DNA of 64,000 bases from Candidatus Thorarchaeota archaeon (lineage in GTDB: Archaea > Asgardarchaeota > Thorarchaeia > Thorarchaeales > Thorarchaeaceae): the NCBI GenBank assembly GCA_003345545.1, contig PRDH01000019.1:1-64000 (forward strand), read 5' to 3'. The notes under the pieces were generated by a model. The model searched no databases. It saw nothing but the letters and a program-made list of their open reading frames with translations, and was not told the origin of the DNA. A program made the translations under genes and the position numbers. Below, piece after piece: positions 9,367-19,617 of the stretch (the first letter of the stretch is position 1; every line of letters starts with the position of its first letter).

Positions 9367-10953
9367 TTGTCCGGGTCCCATAAGGGTTGGAAAGATCGTA
9401 ATTGGTACGTTAGTATCACTGGTTTCTGGAGAGAGTATCGCAAACATAAGATTGGATTAGTCGGCCTGGCTCTAATCATAATCTTCCTGGGCATGGCTGT
9501 ATTTGCTGATGGGATTATCACTCATAGTCCATCGCCAACCGCGAAGGTCGCTCCTGCCTATCTCATGCCATCATGGCTGTCAGTCTTTGATCCAAATGGT
9601 GTGATAACGGGCGAAGTCTTGCCAGATGCGGATCTCGATGAAACGCCAATTATCCAGGCAAATGGAACCAGTTCTGAATTCAGCGGACTGCATGTTCCCC
9701 GAGGCGAGAGTGTCAGTGACAGTTATGTGAACTTGACATGGACGCATACAGCTGGGACTCAGCTTGACTTTGGCATTGATCCAGACGGAATTCGAGCTGA
9801 CTATAGTGATTTCGTTTACTTTGAGCAGGATTTCACTTGGCTCTATAATAGCCCACCAAGTGATGTGAACATGTCTATCTTCTATAGCACGAGTCTAACT
9901 GGTGATTTTGTTCCAGGTGCTCAGGAAGGAAATAGTCTGATGTTGAGAGTCTATGTCTGGCTTATTGACTCCTCGGGCGAATGGACAAGAGTGTATGAAT
10001 CCCGAGATGCTGCGTATGTCGAAGAGCTGCAAATGCGACGCATCAGTATGAACCCTGTCAGTATCGAGTCTGTCTTTGATGGCATGGCTATGACGAATGG
10101 TACACAGGAAGATCCTACAGATGTTGTCCGACTTGTAGTCGGTCTTGCGCCTTATCGTTGGTTCGACAGTAGTTTCTACAGCTCTGGTAATTACACCTAT
10201 CCTTGGCAGTACTACAATGGCTCGGTAACGGTCAAGGTCACCAAACTGCAGATGGTTGCCTACGGGGAGTACTTTGGAGTCATGGGCACCACGAACTGGG
10301 GGGCCGATGCCTATTCGCAGTTGATATATGGTAGCAGAATCTCCCTCACTATTGGTGTTCTTGCCACTGGCCTCTCGACCCTAGTCGGTGTCATTGTTGG
10401 AATGGTTGCTGGCTATTTCGGTGGCAAGGTTGACGAAGTGTTGATGAGAGTCGTCGACTTCCTGCTAGTTATTCCAGGTTTGCCTCTGATGATGGTGCTG
10501 GCGGCGTTTCTGGGAGCAAGGATAGAAAACATCATCATCGTCATCGCAATATTGGGATGGACCGGAACGTCGCGGCTCATACGGTCTCAGGTCTTGGCCG
10601 AGAAGAATAAGGCCTATGTCGAGTCAGCCCGAGCGATTGGTGCCTCCGACACCTACATCATGTTCAGGCATATTTTGCCCAACGTGACACCAATCCTATT
10701 TGCCAATATCACTCTAGGTGTCGTCGGTGCAATTCTTTCAGAAGCAGGACTATCATTCCTTGGCCTGACCAATCCCGAAGACCCAAGCTGGGGCAGAATG
10801 CTTGCTGATGCTGTTGCCGGTGGAGCCTTTAGTGGTGGTGCATGGTGGGTGGTTCTCTTCCCTGGTCTCATGATTACTTTGCTCTCGCTTGCTTTCACAT
10901 TCGTGGGGCATACATTAGACCAAGTGCTCAATCCACGACTGAGGGAAAGGTAG
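9367..10953 (+). CDS. oppC: Oligopeptide ABC transporter permease with large extracytoplasmic insertion
   Basis: OppC_N region, then a ~230-aa insertion, then MGTTNWGADAYSQLIYGSRISL and EAA loop YVESARAIGAS..HILPN. Confidence 0.92.
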   Translation: MSGSHKGWKDRNWYVSITGFWREYRKHKIGLVGLALIIIFLGMAVFADGIITHSPSPTAKVAPAYLMPSWLSVFDPNGVITGEVLPDADLDETPIIQANGTSSEFSGLHVPRGESVSDSYVNLTWTHTAGTQLDFGIDPDGIRADYSDFVYFEQDFTWLYNSPPSDVNMSIFYSTSLTGDFVPGAQEGNSLMLRVYVWLIDSSGEWTRVYESRDAAYVEELQMRRISMNPVSIESVFDGMAMTNGTQEDPTDVVRLVVGLAPYRWFDSSFYSSGNYTYPWQYYNGSVTVKVTKLQMVAYGEYFGVMGTTNWGADAYSQLIYGSRISLTIGVLATGLSTLVGVIVGMVAGYFGGKVDEVLMRVVDFLLVIPGLPLMMVLAAFLGARIENIIIVIAILGWTGTSRLIRSQVLAEKNKAYVESARAIGASDTYIMFRHILPNVTPILFANITLGVVGAILSEAGLSFLGLTNPEDPSWGRMLADAVAGGAFSGGAWWVVLFPGLMITLLSLAFTFVGHTLDQVLNPRLRER

Positions 10954-10964
10954 GAGTAGGTGTC

Positions 10965-11008
10965 GAGATAGGAAGCAGTTCGCTTTCCTATCTCTATCCG
11001 CCCTTTTG
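10965..11008 (+). terminator. Stem-loop after oppC
   Basis: GAGATAGGAA (10965-10974) / TTCCTATCTC (10985-10994) perfect 10-bp stem, then CTTTTG. Confidence 0.55.
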
Positions 11009-11124
11009 TCAATCGTCACTTACGTCAGCCGAGAGCACTACGCTTATTAGGTAGTTGTTTGACATTTTACTTGTATCGGTACTTAGTATCTCTATGTAGC
11101 TCGAAAACTGGAGTGACTTTGATA

Positions 11125-12186
11125 ATGGGACTTCGAGAATATGTCATTCGACGATCAATCTACATGTTTCTACTCGTAGTAGCTGTCGTTTGTTTCAACT
11201 TCTTCCTCTTCAGACTCCCGACATTCATGTTCGGGGCCAATCCAATCAGCCTGATGCTCAGCGACGAGCTTCGCCAGAACCTGACACAGGAGCTCCTAGA
11301 GCAGATGTTCCAGAACTTTGGCCTTGTACCTGATCCTGATATTTTCGATTGGATCTACATGTTCTGGAGATACGTTGTCAGCATGTTCTCGGGCAATTTC
11401 GGAGTTTCTTTCTTGACCCAACGACCCGTGATGGATTCGATTGTGGAACGTCTGCCTAACACCTTGTTATTGATGGGCACATCCTCAATGGTTTCGATAC
11501 TCCTGGGAATCTGGACTGGTGTGAAGGTGGCTGCTGACCCTGGATCACGAAAGGATGTCAGTGCAGTCACTGTAGCTCTCTTCATTTATGCCTTGCCCGT
11601 TTTCTGGTTGGGGATGGTGCTCTTGCTGTTCTTCGGTTTCATGCTTCCAGAGTGGACACAAGCCGTGTGGGGAGTTCGTATCGGGTTTCCGCAGTATGGC
11701 ACTATCAGCTATGAGGTCTGGGAGGCCGCCAGAAACAACCCGCTGGGCGCCCTCATGGTCGCGGGCGACGTGCTTCACCATCTCTTCCTACCAATGATCA
11801 CTCTTGGGATAGGTGGATATGGGGGATACTTCCTCTTTATGCGGAACAACCTGATAGATGTAATGACAGAGGACTATATCTTGACAGCGCGTGCAAAGGG
11901 TCTAGACGAGAATCAAGTGCTCTACAAGCATGGTCTAAAGAATGCCATGCTTCCTATGGTCACTATCATTGCGATGAACTTTGGTTTTCTCATTAATGGA
12001 GCGACACTCACAGAAACAGTGTTTACGTGGCGGGGTCTAGGGCGTTTCATATTCGACAGCCTATTGCTTATGGACTACCCTGTCATCCAGACAATCTTCA
12101 TGATCATTGCAATCACCGCAATATTGGCAAACTTCGTCGCAGATTTACTCTACGGAGTACTAGATCCTCGAATCAAGTACGGGTAG
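11125..12186 (+). CDS. oppB: Oligopeptide ABC transporter permease
   Basis: GNFGVSF, RLPNTLLL, EDYILTARAKGL, TETVFTWRGLG, LDPRI. ATG 11125 follows a GGAGTG RBS. Confidence 0.95.
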   Translation: MGLREYVIRRSIYMFLLVVAVVCFNFFLFRLPTFMFGANPISLMLSDELRQNLTQELLEQMFQNFGLVPDPDIFDWIYMFWRYVVSMFSGNFGVSFLTQRPVMDSIVERLPNTLLLMGTSSMVSILLGIWTGVKVAADPGSRKDVSAVTVALFIYALPVFWLGMVLLLFFGFMLPEWTQAVWGVRIGFPQYGTISYEVWEAARNNPLGALMVAGDVLHHLFLPMITLGIGGYGGYFLFMRNNLIDVMTEDYILTARAKGLDENQVLYKHGLKNAMLPMVTIIAMNFGFLINGATLTETVFTWRGLGRFIFDSLLLMDYPVIQTIFMIIAITAILANFVADLLYGVLDPRIKYG

Positions 12187-12437
12187 TCGATGAACTGGGC
12201 GGGGTCGTGCTCTGACCGATCCCTCCCTTGCTTTTGCTGATATTCAGAGTACATTTAGCAGAACATCGACTACAATCATTTCGTTGTTCTACTTTTTTAT
12301 TCGACCGACATCTAACTATATTTCCACCATGTTCAGATAGACGCAGCGCTTACAGGATACGCAATGCTTTTATTGACCGCTGGCAAAAGCCATCCATCCG
12401 AATTCGACTCGGAACGGAAAGGAGATAGAGAGAAAAT

Positions 12438-14291
12438 ATGCTTTCAAAACGTAATACAAGGTTGGTGGCTATCACCTTTGCGGCAGCTTTTCTTCTCATG
12501 GTAGCATCCCCTGCTTATGTACAGGCAGTGGATCCTACTACAGAGAGTTTGAAGATTGGCCCGTATATAGACAAAATTGTATACCAGGTGATTACTACCC
12601 AAGATGCAAGGGTTCTGGCGATGCAGGCCGGGACGATTGACATGGACAACAGTTACTTCGACCCATCGTACTATACTACCCTTGCTGGAAGTCCAAACAT
12701 CGATATATACAGTGCCCGGCGACTAGGTTATGGTCATATCACGATCAACTGTCGTGATGCTCCGTTGAACGAGAGTGTGCTGAGAAGAGCCTTTGCCTTC
12801 GCGTTTGACAAGACCAGAGTCACTGATGAGGTAATGAATGGTTGGAACCAAGAACATGATTCCTTGGTACCTTTTGACAATCCTTACTGTATTGAGGATC
12901 AGCTGTTACCCCACTACTACACTGCTATGGTGACGGAGGGTAACGCACTGCTCAACGCATCTGGAAAATTCCCATATCTGGACCCAGCAGCCTCAAGTAG
13001 CGTGAGGACATACAAGGGTCAACCAATAGATCCTATCAAGATTGAGTACTCCTCAGTTGATGCTATTCCACGTGGTACCGCGCAGATCGGCGTTGATGCC
13101 CTACTCGCACTCGGCATCCCGGCTATTCCAGGACCTGCGAGCTTCAACGAGTACATCTCAAGACTGGACCAGCATGGCGATTATGACATGGTCTTCTACG
13201 CTCTCAACTACTTGTCCGACAGTGTCGACTGGCTCGCACGTACGTACCGGTCAGACTGGGCTGATGTTAACTACCAGAATCCATGCAATTTCAGGAACGC
13301 AACCTTCGACTCAATGATACCTCAGCTTCTCTACAGCACGACCACAGATGCAATTGCCAATGCTTCAGCTTGGATGCAGAAGATTCTCCATGAGCAGGTT
13401 CCAAGACTTGTCTGCTATGTTAACACCTATAACATGGCCTACAGGACTGACAAGTTCACTGGGTTTGTCGCTGACGCTGCCAGATACATCGTAGGTCCCT
13501 GGACCATGAGAAAGATCCACAACATTGGTGGCACTTTTGGTGGTACACTTACAGTCGCCCTCTCTCAGGAACCTGACAGCTTCAACATATTCGTCACAAA
13601 CTCTGCCTACGCAGCAGCCGTCCTGGAGAACCAGTGGCCACAGCTCTACATGCGTGGTCCCGACCTCAAGCCATTCGGAGATCTGGCTGAGAGTTGTACC
13701 ACAGAGACACATGCTGACAATCCTGACGTTCCCAGTGGTCATACTCGGTTCACTATCGACATAGTCCAGAATGCAACCTGGAGTGATGGCGTGAAATTGA
13801 CCGCTGATGACGTAGCATTCACGAACACCTATTACTTTGAAAGCTACCTCTATGGGAACCCGGCTGGAGCAACCATGGGTGACCTGGTTGCAGCCTATGC
13901 ACCGACCCCATACAGAGTCATCGTTGAGTTCAGCACCGTGTCATACTGGCACTTCCAGAACTTCGCCTATAACTCGATCATACCCAAGCATATCTTCAAA
14001 GAGGGTGCTGGAATAGGTTATGCAGGATGGAACATCTGGAACCCGGGATTTGACCCAGCCCAGCCCAACGTGAACTGTGGACCCTTCCACCTCACCAGCA
14101 TGGAGGCCGGTGAGTTCTATGAGGTCTCATATAACCCAACCTTCTACTACGCCCCTAGCCGCCCAACGACTACGACCACACTCCCAACTACAACACCTGG
14201 TCCAGATTGGACATTGGCCCTTGTAGCTGGAGCTGTAGGAGCCGCAGTTGTGATTCTCGTTGGTGGCTTTGTTCTGTTCAGGCAGAAGTAG
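12438..14291 (+). CDS. oppA: Family-5 solute-binding protein (OppA/DppA-like), circularly permuted, with signal peptide and C-terminal Thr-rich linker plus TM anchor
   Basis: Contains PYIDKIVY, LRRAFAFAFDK, GGTLTVALSQEPDSFN, ATWSDGVKLTADDVAFT and GPF, but in permuted order. Ends PTTTTTLPTTT plus a hydrophobic helix and RQK. Confidence 0.88.
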   Translation: MLSKRNTRLVAITFAAAFLLMVASPAYVQAVDPTTESLKIGPYIDKIVYQVITTQDARVLAMQAGTIDMDNSYFDPSYYTTLAGSPNIDIYSARRLGYGHITINCRDAPLNESVLRRAFAFAFDKTRVTDEVMNGWNQEHDSLVPFDNPYCIEDQLLPHYYTAMVTEGNALLNASGKFPYLDPAASSSVRTYKGQPIDPIKIEYSSVDAIPRGTAQIGVDALLALGIPAIPGPASFNEYISRLDQHGDYDMVFYALNYLSDSVDWLARTYRSDWADVNYQNPCNFRNATFDSMIPQLLYSTTTDAIANASAWMQKILHEQVPRLVCYVNTYNMAYRTDKFTGFVADAARYIVGPWTMRKIHNIGGTFGGTLTVALSQEPDSFNIFVTNSAYAAAVLENQWPQLYMRGPDLKPFGDLAESCTTETHADNPDVPSGHTRFTIDIVQNATWSDGVKLTADDVAFTNTYYFESYLYGNPAGATMGDLVAAYAPTPYRVIVEFSTVSYWHFQNFAYNSIIPKHIFKEGAGIGYAGWNIWNPGFDPAQPNVNCGPFHLTSMEAGEFYEVSYNPTFYYAPSRPTTTTTLPTTTPGPDWTLALVAGAVGAAVVILVGGFVLFRQK

Positions 14292-14304
14292 GTTAGTCTA
14301 GCAT

Positions 14305-14341
14305 AAGGGGACAGCTGTCCCCTTCCCCTTTTCTTTTTGTT
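14305..14341 (+). terminator. Palindromic hairpin plus pyrimidine/T tract after oppA
   Basis: AAGGGGACAGCTGTCCCCTT perfect palindrome (14305-14324) followed by CCCCTTTTCTTTTTGTT. Confidence 0.75.
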
Positions 14342-14431
14342 CACCTCTCAGGTATCCTAATAGAATGAATGGATTCATTCATTGCGTTGAAGAGAGCCTC
14401 TTTAATGGTAAGAGCACAGGACCCATGAGGA

Positions 14432-15313
14432 ATGAGAGTGATGAATATCAACCGATCACGGCTGACGATACTAGTTGTTTCAGCACTTCCTTTGGCGATT
14501 GGCTCAGTCTTGGCGATTCTTGTTCTCGACGCTGCCACAATAGGGGACATACTGCTCATCAACACGCGACCAGTTACAATAGATGAACTTGTGATTCAGA
14601 CTGGAGTATCTGTTGGCCTTGGAACATTGATTGTCTTTTCATTATTCTATGCTATTGAGCGACAGGGACCTGGTGCAAGGAGAGCATTTGTAGCTCTTGT
14701 AGTTTCACCAATCTTGACTGCTGCATTTTTTCTCTTGGGGCAATCGCTGCTATTCGTCCTCTTCAGAGGAACATCAACCTCCATAATTCCGAGTATCCTC
14801 TCCTTTGCCTCTCTTGGTGTTTTGCTCATGTCATTCGTATTCATTATGATAGATTCCGTTCCACCAGTGATGAGGAACGTCTTCGTAGCGTTCTACGCGA
14901 GTGTCTTTGGGACATTTCTAGGAGTAATGTCGATAACGCCAAGCATGTTTGTCTTGGTTGTTGCGGTTGTCTTGGAAGACTTCCTTCTTACTCGCCATTC
15001 TCCTGCAGCCCACGCTGCAGCATTGACAGATACACCGGGAGATGATCCTTTTGACTACACAAGAATACAGACCAAGAGGGTCGCTGTCGGAGCTGGCGAT
15101 TTCATTGCCTTCTCACTTATCGCGGCTCACTCTTTCATCTTCTTTCCAATCTATGTCTGGGCTATGTCAGTCGTGCTGGCTCTCGTAGGCATCGCAATCA
15201 ATGCAGCAGTTCTGGCCGAGGAGGACAAGATTCTCCCGGGGATTCCACTTCCAGCAATCCTCTCCCTCTTCCCATGGATTGCCCACATTGTGAGCTACAC
15301 TCTCCTCATTTGA
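14432..15313 (+). CDS. Presenilin/signal-peptide-peptidase-like GxGD intramembrane aspartyl protease
   Basis: About 9 TM helices. First catalytic Asp in VVLED, GAGD motif, and PAL-equivalent LPGIP. Confidence 0.75.
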   Translation: MRVMNINRSRLTILVVSALPLAIGSVLAILVLDAATIGDILLINTRPVTIDELVIQTGVSVGLGTLIVFSLFYAIERQGPGARRAFVALVVSPILTAAFFLLGQSLLFVLFRGTSTSIIPSILSFASLGVLLMSFVFIMIDSVPPVMRNVFVAFYASVFGTFLGVMSITPSMFVLVVAVVLEDFLLTRHSPAAHAAALTDTPGDDPFDYTRIQTKRVAVGAGDFIAFSLIAAHSFIFFPIYVWAMSVVLALVGIAINAAVLAEEDKILPGIPLPAILSLFPWIAHIVSYTLLI

Positions 15314-15372
15314 TAGCTGCTTGAAGCGGAAGCCAAATATGTGCCACGCGAGAAACAGAGGCTTGAAGTAGC

Positions 15373-15909
15373 ATGATTGCCAGCGGACGATTCCAGAACA
15401 TCATTATTGTTCTTACCATAGCAGTTGCGATTATCAGCTCTGGATTCATAGTGACGAATGCCTCATATTATGGAGGTACCTACGTCTTAGCTGAGCGACT
15501 GGAGGTTAGTCTGGCAGAAATTCACGTGAGCAACGTTGACCCTGGTAATTCTTCGGTGAACCCTCTAATCTCTCTTGCTTTCAATATGAGAATAGATGTA
15601 CAGGCTGTAGGGAATGTAAGGGTGACTTTCCTTGGTGCAACATTATGGCTGAATAATGACCTTCTATCATACACTTCCTTTTCGCACAGTCCCACTCTTG
15701 TCGACCAATATCTCCATTCGGACTATGATAGTAATGTCACAATGAGTCAGAGTGTGACTGATGACCGACAGACAGTCTTGGATGCATATCTTTCCTCCAC
15801 TTGGGCATGGAATGTTACCCTGAGGTACTCCTTCATAGTCTTTGATGTACGTGACACAATCGCCTGGCGCTCTCTTGAATTCTACACCACCGAGTTTACC
15901 TTGACCTAG
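15373..15909 (+). CDS. Membrane-anchored extracellular beta-sandwich protein (LEA_2-like)
   Basis: One N-terminal TM segment then a beta-rich domain. Confidence 0.55.
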   Translation: MIASGRFQNIIIVLTIAVAIISSGFIVTNASYYGGTYVLAERLEVSLAEIHVSNVDPGNSSVNPLISLAFNMRIDVQAVGNVRVTFLGATLWLNNDLLSYTSFSHSPTLVDQYLHSDYDSNVTMSQSVTDDRQTVLDAYLSSTWAWNVTLRYSFIVFDVRDTIAWRSLEFYTTEFTLT

Positions 15910-15918
15910 TGGAAGCAA

Positions 15919-16995
15919 CTAGCTTCGCGTGGACAGCTTCTTCCTTAGTAGGCTAATCCTTTCTACGCTCAGAGCATCCACTCTCTGCATTTCTGCGAGC
16001 TCGACGGATAACATGTCGAGATAATGAGTCAATGTGAGCATCCTTTCGACAATCGATCTGCCAGATGCTTTCAGACTGATAGGATCTAGTTCCAGCTCAA
16101 TACAGAGATCCACGATAGCATCCAATTGCCTTCCCGCCTGAAGTGGTTCGTCTTCGTATCTCAGGAAAACGGGGAGAACGAAACCTTGATGTTTGCCCTG
16201 GAGTCCCTCGATTTCATTGTGCATCGCTTCAGGCACCTCTGAACTGAAAGCCATCATCTTTGAGTTTTCATTGACTTGACACTTTGCTCGATATGCAACA
16301 GGTTTCATGTATCGACCCCCAATGAACAGGGGAATTCTGCCATGAATTTTGCCAGCTGTCGCAGATGGTGAGGGAATCCAATCTCCCCATTTCTCTGCCG
16401 CAGTCGTCAGCCCCTTGGCAATATCGTCAAGATTGGTGGGATTCAATCCGGTAAGCGACTGTGAAATCTCCAATGTTCCAGAAAAGAGAAGTGGAAGTGC
16501 AGCTCTTGGCTGCAATCCTTTCTGAATAAGGAGTTGAGGATGGTGGCTGTACTCACTTTTCATCTGCCCCCCTGAGGTAATAGTGAGTATCTTTGCGCCT
16601 CTCTCATTTGCCTGTTTAAGAGCAGAGAGTGTTTCTTCAGTATTACCAGAATAACTGACTGCAACAATTGCCCAGTCCTTCGTCACATACTTCGGGAGAA
16701 TGTAGTCTCTTACAGTGCAAATCGGTATGAGTGCTTCGTGACACAGAACTTCTCTCACATAATCACCAACTATCGCGCTGCCACCCATGCCTACGAAACA
16801 GAGCCCCTCGATGCCCTGCTCGTTGAATTCTCTGGCTCTCTCAATATTCTCTAGGTCGATATCAGTAAGTGTCAGCAGCTGCGCGAAATGAGAAACCATA
16901 CTTCTCATGTCTGTCAAGTCTAGTGATTTTGGTAGCTTCCTCATAGCAATCTCAATAGGCTCTCTTTCCTTAAAGGTAATCGCATCAGTACACAC
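15919..16995 (-). CDS. Bifunctional phosphoglucose/phosphomannose isomerase (SIS domains)
   Basis: GMGGSAIVG, SYSGNTEET, ITSGG, QPRAALP, QVNENSK, PEAMHNEIEG. True start may be ATG 16944. Confidence 0.92.
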   Translation of the reverse strand: MCTDAITFKEREPIEIAMRKLPKSLDLTDMRSMVSHFAQLLTLTDIDLENIERAREFNEQGIEGLCFVGMGGSAIVGDYVREVLCHEALIPICTVRDYILPKYVTKDWAIVAVSYSGNTEETLSALKQANERGAKILTITSGGQMKSEYSHHPQLLIQKGLQPRAALPLLFSGTLEISQSLTGLNPTNLDDIAKGLTTAAEKWGDWIPSPSATAGKIHGRIPLFIGGRYMKPVAYRAKCQVNENSKMMAFSSEVPEAMHNEIEGLQGKHQGFVLPVFLRYEDEPLQAGRQLDAIVDLCIELELDPISLKASGRSIVERMLTLTHYLDMLSVELAEMQRVDALSVERISLLRKKLSTRS

Positions 16996-17074
16996 CTCCT
17001 TTCACCACAATAAACAGAAGACTAAAGTACGGGATTCATCTTCGTCGCGCTCTCAATAGCTTGGAGGATTCAAA

Positions 17075-17581
17075 ATGGGTTTCATGAAGACAGCAGCAGT
17101 AAAAGGCATTATCCCGGCTCGCAACAAGGTCGGAGAACTGCGGTCGAATATTGTTCGGCTGATAAACGAGACCTCAGGAGTTCTTGAGAAACGCTTTGGA
17201 GCGGCTGGCCTTGAAGCAGCTGAGGAGATCTTTGGAAGACTGGGCGAAGAAGATGCGAGGACCATGAAGACGCGCTTGGGTTTTGGAGATACACTGAGAG
17301 ACTCTCTTGATGCTTGGCTCGTAATTGCCAATATTATGGGTTCTAAGATGGTGCCAAATTGGGTTTCAGAGAATCGGGTAGAAGTGAGCCACAGCTATTG
17401 CCCACAGTATGAGGAATTCCTCAAGCACGGGAAGCTATACTGTACACACGCCTGTCTTCCCTATGTGGGCGCGGTAGCAGAGAATATTGGCAAGGGTGTA
17501 GAGATGGAAGTCGTACGAGCTTCTGATGAGAACGCACCGTGTGTCAAGGCCCTATTCGTTCCCGCGAAGGATGCTCACTGA
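17075..17581 (+). CDS. ATC-hydrolase/V4R-like cysteine-containing protein
   Basis: Helical N-terminus (FG..G..A), then CP..C...C and a C-terminal Cys as in the ATC_hydrolase/V4R clan. Confidence 0.5.
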   Translation: MGFMKTAAVKGIIPARNKVGELRSNIVRLINETSGVLEKRFGAAGLEAAEEIFGRLGEEDARTMKTRLGFGDTLRDSLDAWLVIANIMGSKMVPNWVSENRVEVSHSYCPQYEEFLKHGKLYCTHACLPYVGAVAENIGKGVEMEVVRASDENAPCVKALFVPAKDAH

Positions 17582-18233
17582 GTTGAAGCGAGAGAACATC
17601 AGACTTCCTGTCGCTGGTTCATCACTCGCTTGTGTTCTATCACGACCCGGCGAAGAGCCTACTAGGGCAGTCGTTCTGCTCCATCCTCACCCTCTATATG
17701 GAGGAAACAAGGACAATCAAGTAGTCAGAAACCTGGACAAGATCTTTCTGGAACTGGGCTACACGACATTGCGGTTTGATTTCAGAGGAGTTGACGGAGG
17801 ATATGCTGGGATTGCTGGGGCTGCCGACGATACTTATGGGGCGATTGAGCTGCTCGAGAGCTACGAACCTTTGACATTGGGATTAGCGGGCTATTCCTTT
17901 GGAGGTTCGACTGCAATACATGTAGCCTCGTCTAAATCAGTTGCTTTCTTGGTGTCCTTGAGCGCTTCATTTGACCTTTTTCTTGAAGGCGGTTATGATG
18001 CATCATCATTATCTGAAATACACTGTCCAACTCTTCTCTTCCATGGTCAATCGGACACATTTGTTCCTCATGCTGATTTGCAGTTGTTCGCCCGGATGAT
18101 TACAGGTGCTAGGGCGATTTCATTACAGAAAGAGAATCATTTCTATCAGACATCAATGCAGACCGTAGGTGATGAAATTCGTTCATTCGTATCTGGACTG
18201 TCAAGAAGGCTGCCTGCTGAAAGGTATCCTTAA
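17571..18233 (+). CDS. Alpha/beta-fold hydrolase
   Basis: HPHPLYGG, LRFDFRG, nucleophile elbow GYSFGG, HGQSD, NHFY. Confidence 0.92.
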   Translation: MLTELKRENIRLPVAGSSLACVLSRPGEEPTRAVVLLHPHPLYGGNKDNQVVRNLDKIFLELGYTTLRFDFRGVDGGYAGIAGAADDTYGAIELLESYEPLTLGLAGYSFGGSTAIHVASSKSVAFLVSLSASFDLFLEGGYDASSLSEIHCPTLLFHGQSDTFVPHADLQLFARMITGARAISLQKENHFYQTSMQTVGDEIRSFVSGLSRRLPAERYP

Positions 18234-18246
18234 GTAGCGATTTTTT

Positions 18247-18942
18247 TTGAAATCAAATGGGTGGCCCAAGTTGTTGAAGGCTTTGATTTTTGACTTGGAT
18301 GGTACAATAACTGAGCTATCCTTGCCGTTGGAGGCAATGAGGCAAGACACTAAGACCTACTTTGTCGAAAGAGGATTTCCGGCAGAATCGCTCGAACCCG
18401 CAGATGGAATCTCGAGTTCTACTGCCAAAGCGAAGGAGTATTTCCTTTCTCTAGGTTTATCGCAAAGGGAATGGGAGCAGATGGAGTCTGAAGTTGACGA
18501 GATGCTCAGTCGACATGAAGGATTTGCCGCTGTGAATGCGGCACTCATCGAAGGAGCTTTAGAGATAGTGCATAAGATCAGAAATCTGGGTGTTCGTACT
18601 GCGATTTACACTAATAATGGCAGACCGTCAGTCGATAGGATAATGCAGCACATCCCCCTTGCAGATTACTTTGACGTCATACAAACGAGACATGAATCGC
18701 CTCAACCAAAGCCATTTCCCGATGGACTATGGAAGCTAGTCTCTGTCTTGGGCGTCCATCCCGACGAAACTGCATATGTTGGTGACGCGCTTATAGATGC
18801 TACAGCTGCGAAGAGAGCAGGAATTGAATTCTGGGGCGTAGCGACAGGTGAAACTCCCTCGTGGGTTCTCAAAGATGCTGGTGCTTCTGTCGTCTTTGAG
18901 TCACTTGACGGCATTCTCGATGAAGTACTTTCGAGAAGATGA
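18247..18942 (+). CDS. HAD-superfamily hydrolase (phosphoglycolate phosphatase-like)
   Basis: FDLDGT, TNN, KPFPD, YVGD...D. Confidence 0.92.
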   Translation: MKSNGWPKLLKALIFDLDGTITELSLPLEAMRQDTKTYFVERGFPAESLEPADGISSSTAKAKEYFLSLGLSQREWEQMESEVDEMLSRHEGFAAVNAALIEGALEIVHKIRNLGVRTAIYTNNGRPSVDRIMQHIPLADYFDVIQTRHESPQPKPFPDGLWKLVSVLGVHPDETAYVGDALIDATAAKRAGIEFWGVATGETPSWVLKDAGASVVFESLDGILDEVLSRR

Positions 18943-18957
18943 AGTCTGCTCCAGTCA

Positions 18958-18979
18958 ATTGGCCATTTGTTAAGTCCAC
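18958..18979. repeat. 22-bp exact direct repeat, copy 1 (ATTGGCCATTTGTTAAGTCCAC)
   Basis: Identical to 54524-54545; both copies are intergenic. Confidence 0.85.
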
Positions 18980-19122
18980 TGTATGATTAGTGACTTGAAG
19001 CGATTTTGACTTCTAGTAAGAGTATTCGCATTCTAGAACAACTCATGATCGATTCCATCTCGCGCGCCAATTAGGCGTGCAGCTTTGTTTCAGAGCCTTT
19101 TTGCAGGGTCTGTTTTTCACAT

Positions 19123-19617
19123 GTGGTCGAACTGAAGGTTATATACGCTTTCGTTACTATCACTACTGTGACAGGCAGTATTACCGTACTTGAACATGCG
19201 GATCGCACGCCAGAGGTCACAGACCAAATGACTATAGATGAGGGAACATTCTTAGTGCTACGCTCAGCTTCAGGCGCGTTTACATGCAGATATCCGCCTG
19301 TCCCTCGTCACTGGAACTCACTCGATAGACCTCACGTTGCGCTACTACTGCCTGATGCAAATGGTATCTTCACTGTCTTTCTCTCTCAACCTGAAGAGAA
19401 AGAACCATTCAGCCCGCAGCGACTTCAGACTGTGGATCTCAATCGGCTTCCTGCAAAATCCATCATCGAGATACGACACAGTAACGCACATTATGCATAC
19501 TATCGCCGAGATGATGGCTCATGGACGAAGGTGGCCGAGGCGAATGATCCCTTTGTTGTTGAAGTATTCTCTCATGGCTATGCCCCTATTCTCATGGATA
19601 TGATTCCATCTGCCTAG
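19123..19617 (+). CDS. Hypothetical protein
   Basis: 164-aa ORF filling the gap; true start uncertain (possibly a downstream ATG). Confidence 0.5.
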   Translation: MVELKVIYAFVTITTVTGSITVLEHADRTPEVTDQMTIDEGTFLVLRSASGAFTCRYPPVPRHWNSLDRPHVALLLPDANGIFTVFLSQPEEKEPFSPQRLQTVDLNRLPAKSIIEIRHSNAHYAYYRRDDGSWTKVAEANDPFVVEVFSHGYAPILMDMIPSA

